DNA of 53,477 nt, filler included, from Dirinaria sp. TL-2023a (Eukaryota), in NCBI GenBank assembly GCA_051941275.1. It is 2 parts of 2 records of this genome, joined end to end, with 100 filler letters (N's around TTAATTAATTAA, not from the genome) between each part and the next. Parts side by side here need not be neighbours in the genome. Positions count along the whole stretch, not along the records: positions 1 to 26,696 come from JAVEBF010000157.1; 1 more part is not named here. The stretch is one strand, 5' to 3'. Each line of letters starts with the position of its first letter. The first letter of the stretch is position 1. This document shows positions 1-12,587 of the stretch, in pieces. Below the pieces are notes generated by a model, which had not been told where the DNA came from, ran no database searches, and saw only the letters and a program-made list of their open reading frames with translations. Made by a program: the position numbers and the translations under genes.

Positions 1-99
1 CCTCTTCTCCTGTATTTTAAAATCTTCATGTTCATTATTAGTTGTATATGCCCTTTCTCTTCTCTCTTCTTTTTCTTCGTTTTCCTTCCTTTCCTTTCC

Positions 100-170
100 C
101 AAGAGAAAAAAGAAGAAAAGAAAAAAAAAAAAAAAAAAAGAAAAAAGAAAAGAAAAAGAAAAAGAAAAAC
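100..170 (+). repeat. A-rich / (GAAAA)n low-complexity tract
   Basis: Directly visible. Confidence 0.9.
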
Positions 171-1074
171 CGCTCGCCTTGCTTATGAAGGTATATCAAC
201 AACGCACACATTCATAAATAAATTTTAAGATCGTCCTTCAAGTCTATAAAGAAGACAAGGGTCCAAGAAGGAAAAATAAGGTGTATTGATATGAAAAAGA
301 AAGAGAAGAGAAAGATAAGCGAATTGAGGATCTTCTATATATTCATGTCATCCCAGTATGTATGTATATGTATGGTAAGTATGAATGTATGTATAGGTGC
401 ATGACAGTGAACCCACCGCCCCACCGCCCTTCGCCGCTCAGGCCCCACTGTTAACCTTCCTTCCTTTCTACTTTGATGTAAGGGAGAGGAGTGCGGCGAA
501 AGTAAAGTGTAAAAATAAAAAAAAAACAAAGGGGCAGCTCCACTGTGGAGCTATGCGGCAAATATACCCTTTGAATGGATTCGCATTGTAATTGAAGAAA
601 TCCTAACTAAAAGAAGCAGCATTAAGTAAGATGGATTACAAGAACGCCCGGTTCGCTTTCTCTCTGCTGAATCTGAGTGAGTCTGAGTGAATTAGCTAGC
701 TACCTCCCCTGGACTCCAGCATCCAGCATCCGGCATTCGGGTGCGTATACAAACAAACAAAGATAAGGGTGCTCTGAGGAAGGGATTTCGAGAAGAGAGG
801 GGGGGGGGGTTTTGCTCTCTCCGATTGTTCGAACTTGATTGTAGCAGGCTAACTGAGATGTTAATTGCCGGAGTCCCCCCGGGTTTTTTTTTTTTTTTTT
901 TTTTTGTGGTGGTGGTGGTGGTGCGCTTCATCATAGGATGGGATTCTCGGATTTTCCTTGCTTTGCTTGTTTGTCCACTCATGACTTGACCGAGAAATTC
1001 GCCGAGAAACTTGCATATTATTCCCCGTTCTCGATCTTGTTTCTCGAGCTCAAGGGGGGGAAAAAAAGAAGGAT

Positions 1075-3528
1075 TCATGCCGAAACGCCATCTTCCAACC
1101 CAGAAGACTCAGCTGGGACGGCGCATCCCTGGGCGAAGAAAATCCGGGCGGTCGTCTTGGAGGGGTTGGCGATGCCGTACCAATTACCTGCCATGGAAAA
1201 CCAAAAAAATAAAGCTGTCAGTTTTCTTGAACTTGATTTTTTCGGAGAATGGTAAGAGGGTTGCATAAATTAATACGAGGAAGAGAACGTTGGCAGTGGC
1301 AGTGGCAGTGGTGGTGGTGGTGGTGGTGGCAAAAGAGTTTAAGAAGAAAGTCGCGTGGTATCTGCAGGAGCCGAACGCCACAACCGCTTTCTTGCCTCGG
1401 ACCAGTCAAACCGCTCCAAGGGAGGGGGGCAGAGGAAAAGAAGGCAAGAAGTACCGACAACCCCCAGAAAGAAAAAAGAATTAAAGAAAAAAATAAATTA
1501 ATTGGAAAAAAGGGAAAAATTAGAAAAAAAAAAGAACAAAACTCTAAATCAACCAACTCACCTCGTGGAACCTGCCACATTCCGCCTTTTCCAATCCCAA
1601 ACCGCGTCGGCGGCGTTCCCATTTCCACAAGGATACGTCCGTAAAACACGAAGAAGACCATGTGCATTTTCCTGCTATTCTTGCTTCTCTTCGAGCCACC
1701 CGGTGGCAAATCCACCATCCCGGACCCGAAGAATGGAAGCGTCAGCGTTTTGGCAAAGAGGAATCCTTGCCCCGTTTGCCCGGCCACTTCTCGCATTTGA
1801 ATCGCGCGGGCAGAGTAAGCAAGTTCTGTCATCCCGGGTCAGTGTATCGTCCTGCAAGAGCGAAGAAGACTTTCTAGGATGGCATGGCATGATTAGATGG
1901 CCTGAAACATACCAATGGTTTCGACTTCGTCCTGGTTATAGCTCCCTTCAACGCCGTCCCACCCCATTACCGTCCCTGTCATCACTCCCGTGTCTCTCTC
2001 CCAGTCTTCCATTTCTTCCTCTTCCTCTTCGACATCCTCCAGCTTCTTACTCTGCGCCCGTGCTGTTCGTCTTCCCCCCTTATTCTTCCTGAACGGCTCT
2101 AAAATCTCATCCGTCCTGACAACCGATTGAAACCCGCCCAAAGTCGTCCCAACCTCGTCGATGGTGGTCGGCGCGAGCACTGCGCGCTCACCCCGCCAAC
2201 CAGCAAGTGGTTTGATAGAATGGCGACCTGAGCGCGTAACGAGTGCGCCGGAACCTTCAGCGGGGGTTTCGCTCCGGAGGATGAGATTATTGCGGGACGA
2301 GGGGCGGACAGAGCCGGATCGGGAAGTAGAGCGCTTTTTGGTGGGGGTGGTGAGGGCTTTGATCTTGGCGTTGGGGCCTCGGTTCGCAGGCGTAGGCTTG
2401 AGAGCGGTTCTCTTGCCACGACCTTTGCCTTTCGGGGTTTCCGCAGGTCGGACGGAAGAGTCGCGGTGAACCCTAGGTCGGCCACGAGGTCTGGCTGCTG
2501 AAAGCGATATTTGGGAGGATTCGAAATTCTCGTTTACGGAGGGTCGCCCGCGCCCTCGTTTGGGTTTTGGGACTGTTGCAGCGTTTTCCAACGTGCCTGA
2601 GGGTTCAGGTTCGTCTTCGTCAGCGCCTGCCCCAGCCATAGTGCCTTCCAATGCCTCGGCATCATTTTGAGGCATGGTCAGTGAATCGTCTTCAATACCC
2701 GGCAGTGGGGTATCTTCGTTCGCGTAGCCGTTTGCTGTCGTATCATCGTTCATGGTGACGTCCCCATTAGTCAATGCCATTGTCTGGTCTGGTTCCGGCT
2801 CATCCTCGATGTTCATATTGACCGTGCTGCTCATTATGCGGGCGGAAGGCGGGGTTTTCTTAGGGCGTTTCAAGGTAGAGGCACGACCACCTTGAGGTGT
2901 AGGTTCGTTGACGGACTCGTTGTGTTTCCTCTTCGCTAAGGAGCTTGGAGGCGGATGTGAAAAGGCGCGCGATGGTGTATCCGGCTCATATCTTTTTGAC
3001 GGAGACATTGGGCCAAGTGATCTTCGGGGAGAGGAACCTGTGTGAGTTTTCAATGGCGAGCGTGCTTGAGGCAGAGGAAACTTGATGTTGCTTGTCCGGC
3101 TAGGCCGAAGACGTTCGGTAGGCTCTGCAATCGTACCTAGCAGGATCACAAATCAGCTCAAGGCGCTGCAAGCAAGCCCGCACGTCTTCCACAACAAGCG
3201 TCCAAACTCACTCTCACCGATCTCCATTGTTACATCTTCAGTGTATGAGCTATGTGCGCCATTCGTGCCATTCACGTTTGGCGCCGACTTTTCCGGGGAT
3301 GAGAAGGACGGCACGGGCTCAAGGCCGTGTTCGTCTCGAATACCAGTATCTTTTAAGGTCGCTCCAGTTCGCCTAGGAATGATTTCAGCCCACGTATGAA
3401 ACAAGCAGCTTGCTATTCTGATAGTATGCCGAGTAATCTTCTATCAATGCTGACCTTCCTTTGACTCCTATTGCCTGATAATCTCCCTCTCTGGCAGCGC
3501 GCCGCGGGGTCCTGGATGTAGGCGCCAT
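1075..3528 (-). CDS. MIF2: Kinetochore protein Mif2/CENP-C, multi-exon
   Basis: Exons read MAPTSRTPRR...IGVKGR / RTGATLKDTGIRDEHGLEP (fungal Mif2 N-terminus). Also AT-hook-like RGRGRP/RPRGRP, the CENP-C motif RSGRHSIKPLAGWRGE, and a C-terminal cupin (FFGSGMVDLPPGGSKRSKNSRKMHMVFFVFYGR...WQVPRG / NWYGIAN...ARIFFAQG). Last intron 1188-1561 (GTGAGT...CAG). Confidence 0.92.
1290..1330 (+). repeat. (TGGCAG)n/(GTG)n microsatellite inside the last MIF2 intron
   Basis: tggcagtggcagtggcagtggtggtggtggtggtggtggc. Confidence 0.9.
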
Positions 3529-3841
3529 TTTTGGCAGGGCGCGTTCGTGCGCGGTCACTTGCAATTCCGCAGCGAATTCTGTAGATGCGTCGACAAGGTC
3601 AATATCCTGGGTACGTCGTATGTTTACGGTTGTCACCAATGGATGTTCGATCAGCACGTTGAGTTGCGAGTGGGATAAGAGAAGAAACCGCTGAGGATAA
3701 ACACGCGGGCTACCCTAGTGGCTTGGCGGCCAACGACACGTCCTCGAGGCCATCGCGTCTACTCAGGGCAGTCCTTTGGTACTCGTACTACACATTTCCG
3801 GATGATGTGACGATTTTTCGCAGCTCCTACATCCCAATACC
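3529..3841. promoter_or_regulatory. Short bidirectional promoter between MIF2 and RNH201, with MCB-like ACGCG cores
   Basis: Divergent ATGs 313 bp apart; ACGCG at 3703-3707 and CGCGT at 3754-3758. Function inferred. Confidence 0.4.
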
Positions 3842-4913
3842 ATGGAGGACGAGCAATCACAGACCATTGCCCAAGAGACGCCTGCTGAGGACGTATTCGT
3901 GGCTCCTTCAATCCATGAACATGATCTCATTGCAGGCAAATCATACACACACCACACTGCTCTTCCACGCAGCGTCGCGGATGAAATATCTACAGAATGT
4001 GTCTTGGGCGTCGATGAAGCTGGCCGAGGTCCTGTATTAGGTTCGTCCGCTTTGTATTCCCAGTAAAGCAAGCTTCTAATGGATAAGTAAAGGACCCATG
4101 GTATACGGCCTGCTGTATCTTCCCTTACCGCTCCATCGCTCATTGCTGGCCGAAGCCCATCATTTTGACGACTCCAAAGTCCTAACTCCTGCTGTCCGAT
4201 CGGCGCTTATGCAGAAACTCTGCACACCCGACAGTGATCTCCACCAGAGCTGCGGATGGGCAACACGGGTCATGTCCGCTCGAGACATTTCAGCCGGGAT
4301 GCTGAAACCAGCAGGGACGTACAATCTCAACGCGCAAGCGATGGACGCTACCATTGACCTGATCAAAGAGGTTTTCGCTAAAGGAGTTAACGTGAAGGAA
4401 ATATACGTAGATACAATAGGAAGCCCTGAAACCTATCAGAAAAAGCTTCAACGCGTCTTTCCCACCACAAGGATCACCGTCGCAAAGAAAGCAGACTCCC
4501 TGTACCCATGCGTGTCAGCCGCCTCCGTTTGCGCCAAAGTGACTCGTGATGCCGCACTGGGTGTATGCTATCAAGCGTGCAATTATGCCTCTTCTGCCGA
4601 AGACCCTGCCGTTTCCACAGAAGGCTGGGGCTCAGGGTATCCAGGTGACGCCCGCACTGTGGCTTGGCTGAAGGAGCATATGGATCCCGTTTTCGGATGG
4701 GGGAACGAGTGCCGTTTCAGCTGGGGCACGGCCAAAGATATACTTGAAGCCAAAGGTGGCGCAGTGAAGGTGGAGTGGCCAGTGCCAGATGACGAGGAGC
4801 AGGGCATGCGCATGACAGACTTCTACCACGCGTCAGGAAATGACGGAAATGACGCCGAAGTCGATGAGCTCGCAAGCTGGTACGGCCAGCCGGCGTCCGA
4901 AGCGGTCTTTTGA
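3842..4913 (+). CDS. RNH201: Ribonuclease H2 catalytic subunit A
   Basis: GVDEAGRGPVLG|PMVY joined across intron 4041-4092 (GT...AG, frame restored); DDSK, YVDT, KADSLYPCVSAASVCAKVTRD and GSGYPGD motifs. Confidence 0.96.
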
Positions 4914-7076
4914 GATCCCTTCCTGCTAGCCATGACTGTTAATGATCTGTGGCCATTTTCCCATTCGCTGGCGACGTTCACGCTCACGGATTAGGCTGTG
5001 TGCCGAAAATCCGGTGTGAACTTACCATAGCCGGCGAATGGAATAGAGACTTATGACCACCGCGACGCGCTTCTTGCAGACTAAAGCACCGCATATTATA
5101 CGTCGATTCAACGCCACAAAGAGTAAGCGCTACACGGTCTAGTAATACCTTAAGTCCGTGTCGTCGTAGAAGACCCGCAAAGGAAGGATTCGACCATAGA
5201 AAGTGAAGCCTTCAGCGGTAAAGGCTGGGAAGAAAGCAATGGAGATGATTAGGCTAGCTTAGAGATGAAGAAGCACAAGCTAGAGTTCTATGGGATTTTG
5301 TACGCAGAACTTGTGGGTGGTGTATAAAACCTTCTACATGCTCTGCAAGGGATGAATAGATAGGTAGCGGCTACACAAAGCTTCTCTTTCGCAGCTTATA
5401 CAATAAATAGCTTTACCTAATCTTCCGCGATCATTACTTTGTGGCATGAGAGAGTACAGACTTTTAAAGAATATAGAATCTCGATCCTGTTCATCCAATA
5501 TACCCGCCCACCATCGAAGCTCGCTTTAATAAACATCTTGCTCGATTGTTTCAGTAGTCCCAGAGCAACTGTGAATATATCAGGAACTATCCATCTGAAC
5601 TGCCCTTTGCGGAAAATTGAAGGGGCTATCTAGATATAATCTTGAACGAGCATTGAGAGGTATTGCGCGTAGGTCAGCAGATAGCTTCCCCAATCTCCCA
5701 TACCTTTCACCCACAAGTTATCTCTAAAATGAGCTAGATCAATAACGAGTAGCGTGCGTTGGAGCCGCTGCCTTCTTCGCCCCGTCTGCCAGTAAGCGGT
5801 TGATGGGCAATTATTGCACTCAGCCCACCCTTCGCTATTTTCACACCCCCCTTTGTTCCCCCCCAAGCTTCGTAGGACTACTCCTTCAAGAGACCTATAC
5901 AGCAGGATCGCGATGCAGGGAGGAGTCTATGAAACCTGGTGAGGGGCTGTCAAGTCCCTTCGCAGTCGATATTTCTGACGCAAATCCTTCGCATCATCAG
6001 ACTCGATCGCAGCTTTGATATTTGTATGAGTCGGAGAAGCGCTGGTGTACGATTCGTCGATGACAAGAATTTTCAGCTTGTATCATGTTATGAAATTTCT
6101 TTCTGTTACTTCGTAGAGGGTCACTGAGTTCGAATTGGCCTTTCTAATAGAGGAAAGGGGGTTTTTGGCATAGATAGTAGAGAAGGGTGTGCTGAACATA
6201 GGGGAATAAAAAAGGGGGTAGGAGAAAAAACCGCTCTGAGCATGTAAGATTCGCTTGGTAATAAGTAGTTCTGTCAATGGAAGAACTGCCAGGATGCAAG
6301 GCATAAAGGCAATGCCGTGGAATCGTGGGGGCGAAGTTGGGGGTGTGCGCAGCTGCAGTAAGTAGAGGACTCGGTAACCAAGAGTTTTTGGATAGCCTCA
6401 AAACAACGGGACTGCGTTTCTCTGTCCGATTCCGATTCGAATCCCCAGGATGACCACAACTTTTTCAACAAAAAGTAGTCCTATGCGAGGATAGAATGGG
6501 GAGAAATATAATCAAGGATAAAAATGGCAAAAGAGTTCAGCTTCGAAGAGGCCTATACAGTCACCCCAGTGCTTACTTCTCTTCAGATAGAGCAACTCCC
6601 CAACCAGTCACCCACCCAACTATCGTTGGAACAACCGTCTGGTTTTGTAGGCCTTTGGGTTTAGGTCTTATCCGTTACACCAAGCGGGTTCCCGCTCCAG
6701 GTGCGAAAAATTTCCTCCAATTCTAATATATATACTTTTTAATTCTTTTTAGTTCCATCCCTTGGTAAAACACCCCAGCCTCTGCTGGTTCTGTAATGAT
6801 TGATTGATCTTGTCTTCCCGTCGCTCCGTCTTCATACAGAAGCTCAACATTCCGCAACGCTTCACGGTAAGTAAGCCCACATAATGCATTGCAATTATCA
6901 CGACATCGGTCAATTGATTGCTTTGCACATTGCAGCCGCTTTGTTTCCACAGCTCTTTCCACAGCTAATCCACAACAATGATTCGTCATGACACTGGAGC
7001 TTAGCAGAACTCACCTTCGCATTGACTTTCAACCGAGTCCTAGGCCATCCAAATTCCTTCACCAAAGTACATTCGA

Positions 7077-7904
7077 TCAATCAAGAGGCCTTTTTATTGC
7101 GATAGCCCACCAGTTGTCCTTTTCGTACCCCGACTCAATAACCTCACCGCCAGCAGCTTCAATGTCATTTTGGAGTTCTCCGCGTCGGTAGAGATGGTAG
7201 TAACGGTCGAACGTCTTGGACCCATTATCTTTTTCATTTGTTCCCTTCATGACCCATGGGACCATGACATCTTGATCATTGCCTTCGTCCCAGCCTCTGC
7301 GGCTGTGCTTCTGCTCAAGAGCCCATACATATATCAAAGCACGGTACTTGTACGCAGTACTATTTGGTGAAGGCTTTAATACATCCAGTACAGCAGCAAT
7401 AGCATCGATCCTCCTGGCAGCGGTAGAAAGATGATGGACCACGGCAATAGAGATAGCAAAGTCCAAGGAAGAAGGTAAATGAGGTAAATTAAGATTGTCG
7501 GCAACGATCGAAGAATGAGGCTGATGCCTTCTGGCTATGTGAACTAGGTTTGGTGATCTTTCAGAACAGTCAATGGGCATCCATGAATATGGCACGATCA
7601 CCAACCGATCAGAAGCGATGATGAATATGTTCGGATTCACTGTCAAGTACTTGCCATTCCCGCAACCAACATCAATTCCAATCGAGCCATCAGGGAGCTC
7701 CGACAGGAATCGCTCGACAATAGGCCAGGGCTACCTTAGAATTAAGCCACGCCCGATAGTATCGCCCCAAAATCAAATCACAGAGCCTCAATGAAAGAAC
7801 CCACATACCTTGTAACGAGTTGATGAAAAATGAGAAGCTATCTGGTCATACACTTCATGGACGTGGGAGATCTCGAAGGCCTCACCAGCAGTGGATTCAG
7901 CCAT
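7077..7904 (-). CDS. TRM9: tRNA (carboxymethyluridine(34)-5-O)-methyltransferase, Trm9-like
   Basis: MAESTAGEAFEISHVHEVYDQIASHFSSTRYK | PWPIVERFL...IDVGCGNGKYL (SAM motif I)...DFAISIAVVHHLST...ALIYVWALEQ...RYYHLY...YEKDNWW; two introns. An alternative in-frame ATG lies at 7913. Confidence 0.93.
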
Positions 7905-9180
7905 GCTGGCCATGCAGGATTGGTCTGCGAAGTCGGTGCTCCTCATTCATGGCAAAATTCATTGCAGCACTCATGGCTTTCAGCAGCACCTAAAGCATGA
8001 ATTTGACGCCTAGCCTACGACACATTGTACAAGAGATGAATTGTCTGCAAGCAGTCGTCGTCGTACTAGACGTTGCCGCATGGTCGCATATTTGCCGCGC
8101 AGTCTTGCCAAGAAGGCCAAGAAGGCCAAGCTCGTCCGTCCACTTCGTCCAGCTACAATCGGGGACTAGCATTTACGACGCCAGGATCGATACGCGGGCA
8201 TCATAGCTGTGAATTTTGATGTTCGACAAAAGCGCAATGAACGTTCATCCAAGTCGTCTCGAAACCCAAGTATTTGAAAACTGGCCAGATATCTTCTCAA
8301 TATGGTATATCTTCTACGATACAATGTAGCAAAGTTCTCCCATCACTTTTCCGTCCCTGAAGACTCCTTTCTCACAATCCTTCATCAGCAAAAATATTTC
8401 GCATCGGGGGTGCTCATTCAGTCTTCAACTCTGATAATTACCCATGACATCGAAATCGCAGCTGCTAGAACTTCAATCTCATTCATCTGATACAGCTAAA
8501 AGATCGTACACGCCTCCACTGCTGATCAGCACGCCTGTTCTTTGTTTACATCCTGGGAGTGTCTATAGTCAATACTCCGTGCTTTTACTTTGACAATCTA
8601 GTATATTGTCCTCCTCTATCCTCCCCTCCACCATAAGCTTCCAATGCAGCTATTATTCCCTTCAAAAGCGCTAGATATTAATAAAATAATGCCTCTAGGT
8701 TCAGCATTGAGTGCTATCATAATGTCGTGAAAAGTATTACCTAGAGGCAAATGCAACAAGTACCTTCGCCTGCTACCAACATGGTACTAAGCCAGGATCT
8801 GGGTTTATTCATTCATTGATGAGCCATATCATCGTTTCTTTCCCTCGATGCTCTCTAAAATGAGGCTCTTATGGTTCATATTCTGGAAGGGTTTTGATGT
8901 GAGGAATAGCAAACTAGGAGAGTGGTGGGCATTGATTTTCTCGTATTTTCGGGCGATCACTCTGCTTCTCAGGAGGTTATGCTGTGCTTGAGTAAGTGCT
9001 GTTGGAAGAGGAAGAGAGCTATAATCTTTTCCGGAAGTAGCACACATTACTGTACTATCCTGACATCGGTAAGACGAATGTTAATAGAGCTCGGTCTCGA
9101 CCAGCAAAGTCTTGGTTACAGTGGTGGATACAGACGGATTCGAGATGCTGCAAGGGCATATGTAAAGATACCTCTAGCTG

Positions 9181-9308
9181 ATATATATATATATATATAT
9201 ATATATACCTGGATCATATCGCTCTACTAAAGGCTCCGATATACTCCGTACATCCTGTACACTTAGGTACCTACTTTAAGGGTAAAGATAGCCACACACA
9301 CACACACA
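9181..9308. repeat. (AT)13 and (CA)n microsatellites downstream of PEX16
   Basis: AT run at 9181-9207; CA run at 9293-9308. Confidence 0.9.
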
Positions 9309-9404
9309 TATGCCCGCTTTATTCTTGACATATAGAGAAACGCCAACCATCACCCCCAACTCCTCGCATGTGACGCCGGATCCCGGGACATACATTCCAT
9401 GTTC

Positions 9405-10678
9405 CTACATCGTCGCCGTCGAGAAATAATATTCGTTCCACAAATACTCGTAATCTTCGATAACGCCACCCACAAGGTCCAATAAAGGCTTACCCTTCAA
9501 CCGATCAGCGAAACCTTGGATCCAAGCTCTCGTCACATTTTCATAGAATGCTCCTCTCATTCCCCACCATGCCACCGACCAACCTCTTTTTGACCATTCA
9601 TCCCTTTCCACGCTAGTCATGCTACTCATCCCGCCTGGGTGCTCTCTCAGCTCTCTTTTCGCTAGTTGTCGAGCTGCTACCTCCATGACTAGTCCTATGG
9701 CCCATGGCCGCCAGTCGCGCTTGTTACCTTGCAACCGCTGCATCGCTAGCGCATATATGACGGGTCGGGCAATGTAGAGCAGTTCGGCCGCTTGGGCTTG
9801 GTAAGTTGACAATCGCCTCACTAGTAACGAGGCGTGTTTGATCGTGTCTGGGGATACGACCCTCGTCGACAGATACGCTTGTATGGACGCTCCAGGTTCT
9901 GGAAGCGGGCTGAGCCTATGTTTTGTTCGCGGCATCCGCCATTGTATCTCTTCGGGTGGGCCGCCATTCATAACCTCCCCCAGCTCATTCTCTGAGTCTT
10001 CTGATGACCGTGTTTCTTCTTCGCTCGCTCTCTGATCTGGCACGGCGGGGCTGAGATTCATCTTCCACCCAGTGATTTTTAGCATTATAGTACGACAAAT
10101 GGCTTTGATAATTTCGAGCAACACGACCAGTCGCCAACGTGCTTTGTCGCCACCGCGTCGCTTAAAGAACATTTCGCAGAGGAGCTCTGTGTATTGGATC
10201 GTGCGCAGGAGGGTGGAAGAGCGGGCATAGAGTCGGGAGCGAACGCGGTGATGGGTAGTGTAACGGGTGTGGGGCGTGGGCTGCGACGGAGAGGGAAGAA
10301 GGGAGGTGTGATATGTCGAGAGGAGGTTTATCGTTGTATGGACTACTCATTGAACACCGTCAGCTTAAAGATCCCTCGTATGCGTGCCTTGTACTTTTGG
10401 GAGCTGTACGTGACTCTGAGGCGATCTCTGCTTCATTGAAGCGGCCTTGCTTGGGTATTAGCCTGGGGTTTTCAGGACGGATTCGAAGATGTACCAGGCA
10501 GTATATAGGTCAGGGAGCGGAGAGCTGACTCAATCTGCGATACCTGGCTGGTATTCTTCTGCACGAAGTCTTCGTAGGACTTGATCCAATGTCTGGGGCT
10601 GAAGACTGAGGAGGGTATGCGGGATTGAGCTTGCTGATACAGGTCATCCATTGCGTGCGTGGACCCTGCAATGGCCAT
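9405..10678 (-). CDS. PEX16: Peroxisomal membrane biogenesis protein Pex16
   Basis: YEDFVQKNTSQVSQIESALRSLTYILPG|RFNEAEIASES...IQYTELLCEM...RWRLVVLLEIIKAICR...AELLYIARPVIY...WWGMRGAFYENVT...DYEYLWNEYYFSTATM; two introns. Confidence 0.93.
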
Positions 10679-11188
10679 AGTAATCTTCTAGACGGATTTG
10701 CGCAGCACGCAGAGGTACGTTGATAATACAACAAGAAGTACGTGGTTGGGATGCGTTCCCTGTGACGCGAAAGCGAAGCCGAGGCTCTATCAGAACAGAC
10801 CGGCTAGCCTGATGCTTGGCACCCGCCCGAAGGGAGCACAGTTGGACTCCATTGGGCTTAGCTCATTCTTAGGGGCAATGAGGCATAAGGTATTCCTGAG
10901 TCTTGTATTCTAGATTCCTACCTTCAAGTAGGCATCATTTTCTACCTCCTCCAAGTCCTCATTGTACATACATGTACACATGGACTGTAGCCTGATTTGT
11001 TTCACATTTCTGTATCTCCTCGGAAGTTGATAATAGCTTCACTTTTGCTACCACATTAAGGTCGGTAACTGGTCCTTACACTATTAAGTGACTATTGGAC
11101 TACTGAAAGAAGCTCACATTAGTGCGAATCAAGAAGAATGAACTTTGAAAAGATTAGCATATATTGGCCTATGTTTAGAAGTATGTTG

Positions 11189-12587
11189 TCATGTTTCCGG
11201 ACTACGAGTATCGCCAACCTCGATGCGAATCTGCTGATTATCACCTAAACGCAAACGTAAGCTTTTGTCTTCTAGACTTGTGCTCTGACACATCTATGGC
11301 CACACCATCTTAGAAGTTCCGGTATCTATTAAGAGACCCCCCAGTCTCCCCGCAATAGCAGAATGAATGCTCAAAAGCTGTGCAAGGGTACCAAACTTAC
11401 CGAGCCCGTTCACTATGCCACTCATACCACCTTCTACACACCTCGTCAATATATCTATGCCTGCGGCCCAAATGTTGTACCAAGTTTCCTGCGTAGCACC
11501 AGAAGCCGGATCTCGTGAGACGGCGACTTCACAGATCCCCAGAGATTGACGATCTAAGGCGATCAAAATCGACGTTAGTGATTGGCTTTTTTAGGGTGAT
11601 TTGGGAGAAAGCACAAGGACTCGAAAGCTTTTGTGTAAATGTACCACAGGCATTGCCCTTCTCAGAATTTCTTTGAGCTCAGTTGGATGGCCGAGTTTCT
11701 ACGAAAGCTTGCGTAGAGAGGCCATGAAAGTATGTCGCAAGAGATAATGTGCTCACCATGTCTAAAGAACCTGGGAAGTCTAGCATATTTACCAGGGTGT
11801 GGATCATCTGGCCCAACGAAAGAGAAGGATCGTCGAGACGCAGGCATATCTTCAAGGCTTTGCGCACATGGTTCCAACAAAGCGATCGTTCGAGGAAAGT
11901 ACACGCACGAGGCCTTGAATTTGTAATCGACTACGTTGACTTGGAGCGCGTTACGTGCACCTTTGTAAATTGAGGCATTAGCAAGGATGCTGATTATGCA
12001 TCTATCTTCAACAATAAAAAAGGATGAAAGACACCGTCATACATGCCCGGACTGTGCAGTACATAAAAGTCTAAAGCAATTATGTAGCAGCAGAAAGATA
12101 AAGAGACAAAAAAAGTAAGAATTGATCGCTTACTGAATCCAGACAATACGCCTCCTCGTCCTGACCTCTGCACACATACTTCAATGATTTTATCTGCCGC
12201 ATCAGAAATGTCGATGCTCCGCGCTATATCGCCTGGATCAGGGACAGTGTCCCTCTCCCTTGCGCGGAGGTCAATTGCACAGAGACCATCATCACTGAGA
12301 TAGCGTATCGGTACGACAATGTCAGACGCGGCGGGTGGGCTTTCACGTCGTGATACATAGACATTTTCCGAAGTTGTGCGTGGTATCTTGGCCCATGCGT
12401 TAACACAGCTGTTCCCGAGTTTGACACCATCAAAATTGGTCCTGCAGGCGAAGTAATTTGGGCCAGTAGGAATTGTGGTGCTGTTTGTTGAAGGTACACC
12501 GGCTATAGTTAGATTATTTGAAAGGAGGCTTGGGCGCGGAGTTGTCAATGCAGAAATTGCGGGAACAAAGAGGAGCAAGAAGACCAT
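11189..12587 (-). CDS. Secreted Cys-rich hypothetical protein with two related domains, multi-exon
   Basis: Hydrophobic signal peptide MVFLLLFVPAISA. Domain 1: C..SC.NAW..IP...VPIRYLSDDGLCAIDL...IIEVC...GG. Domain 2: C...PC...MP...LPR...C.V...W..IW.A..DI..RC...G. GTAAG/GTGAG donors sit at the ORF ends; last exon read as GDNQQIRIEVGDTRSPET*. Confidence 0.7.

Noticed and set aside
28..2092. Many short Lys/Phe/Trp/Thr-run ORFs
   Set aside because: Translations of homopolymers and microsatellites, or antisense shadows of MIF2.
5640..7000. Possible MITE or degraded gene between RNH201 and TRM9 (TAGGACTACT at ~5873 vs AGTAGTCCTA at ~6474)
   Set aside because: Only a 10-bp inverted match with weak flanks and no recognisable protein motif.
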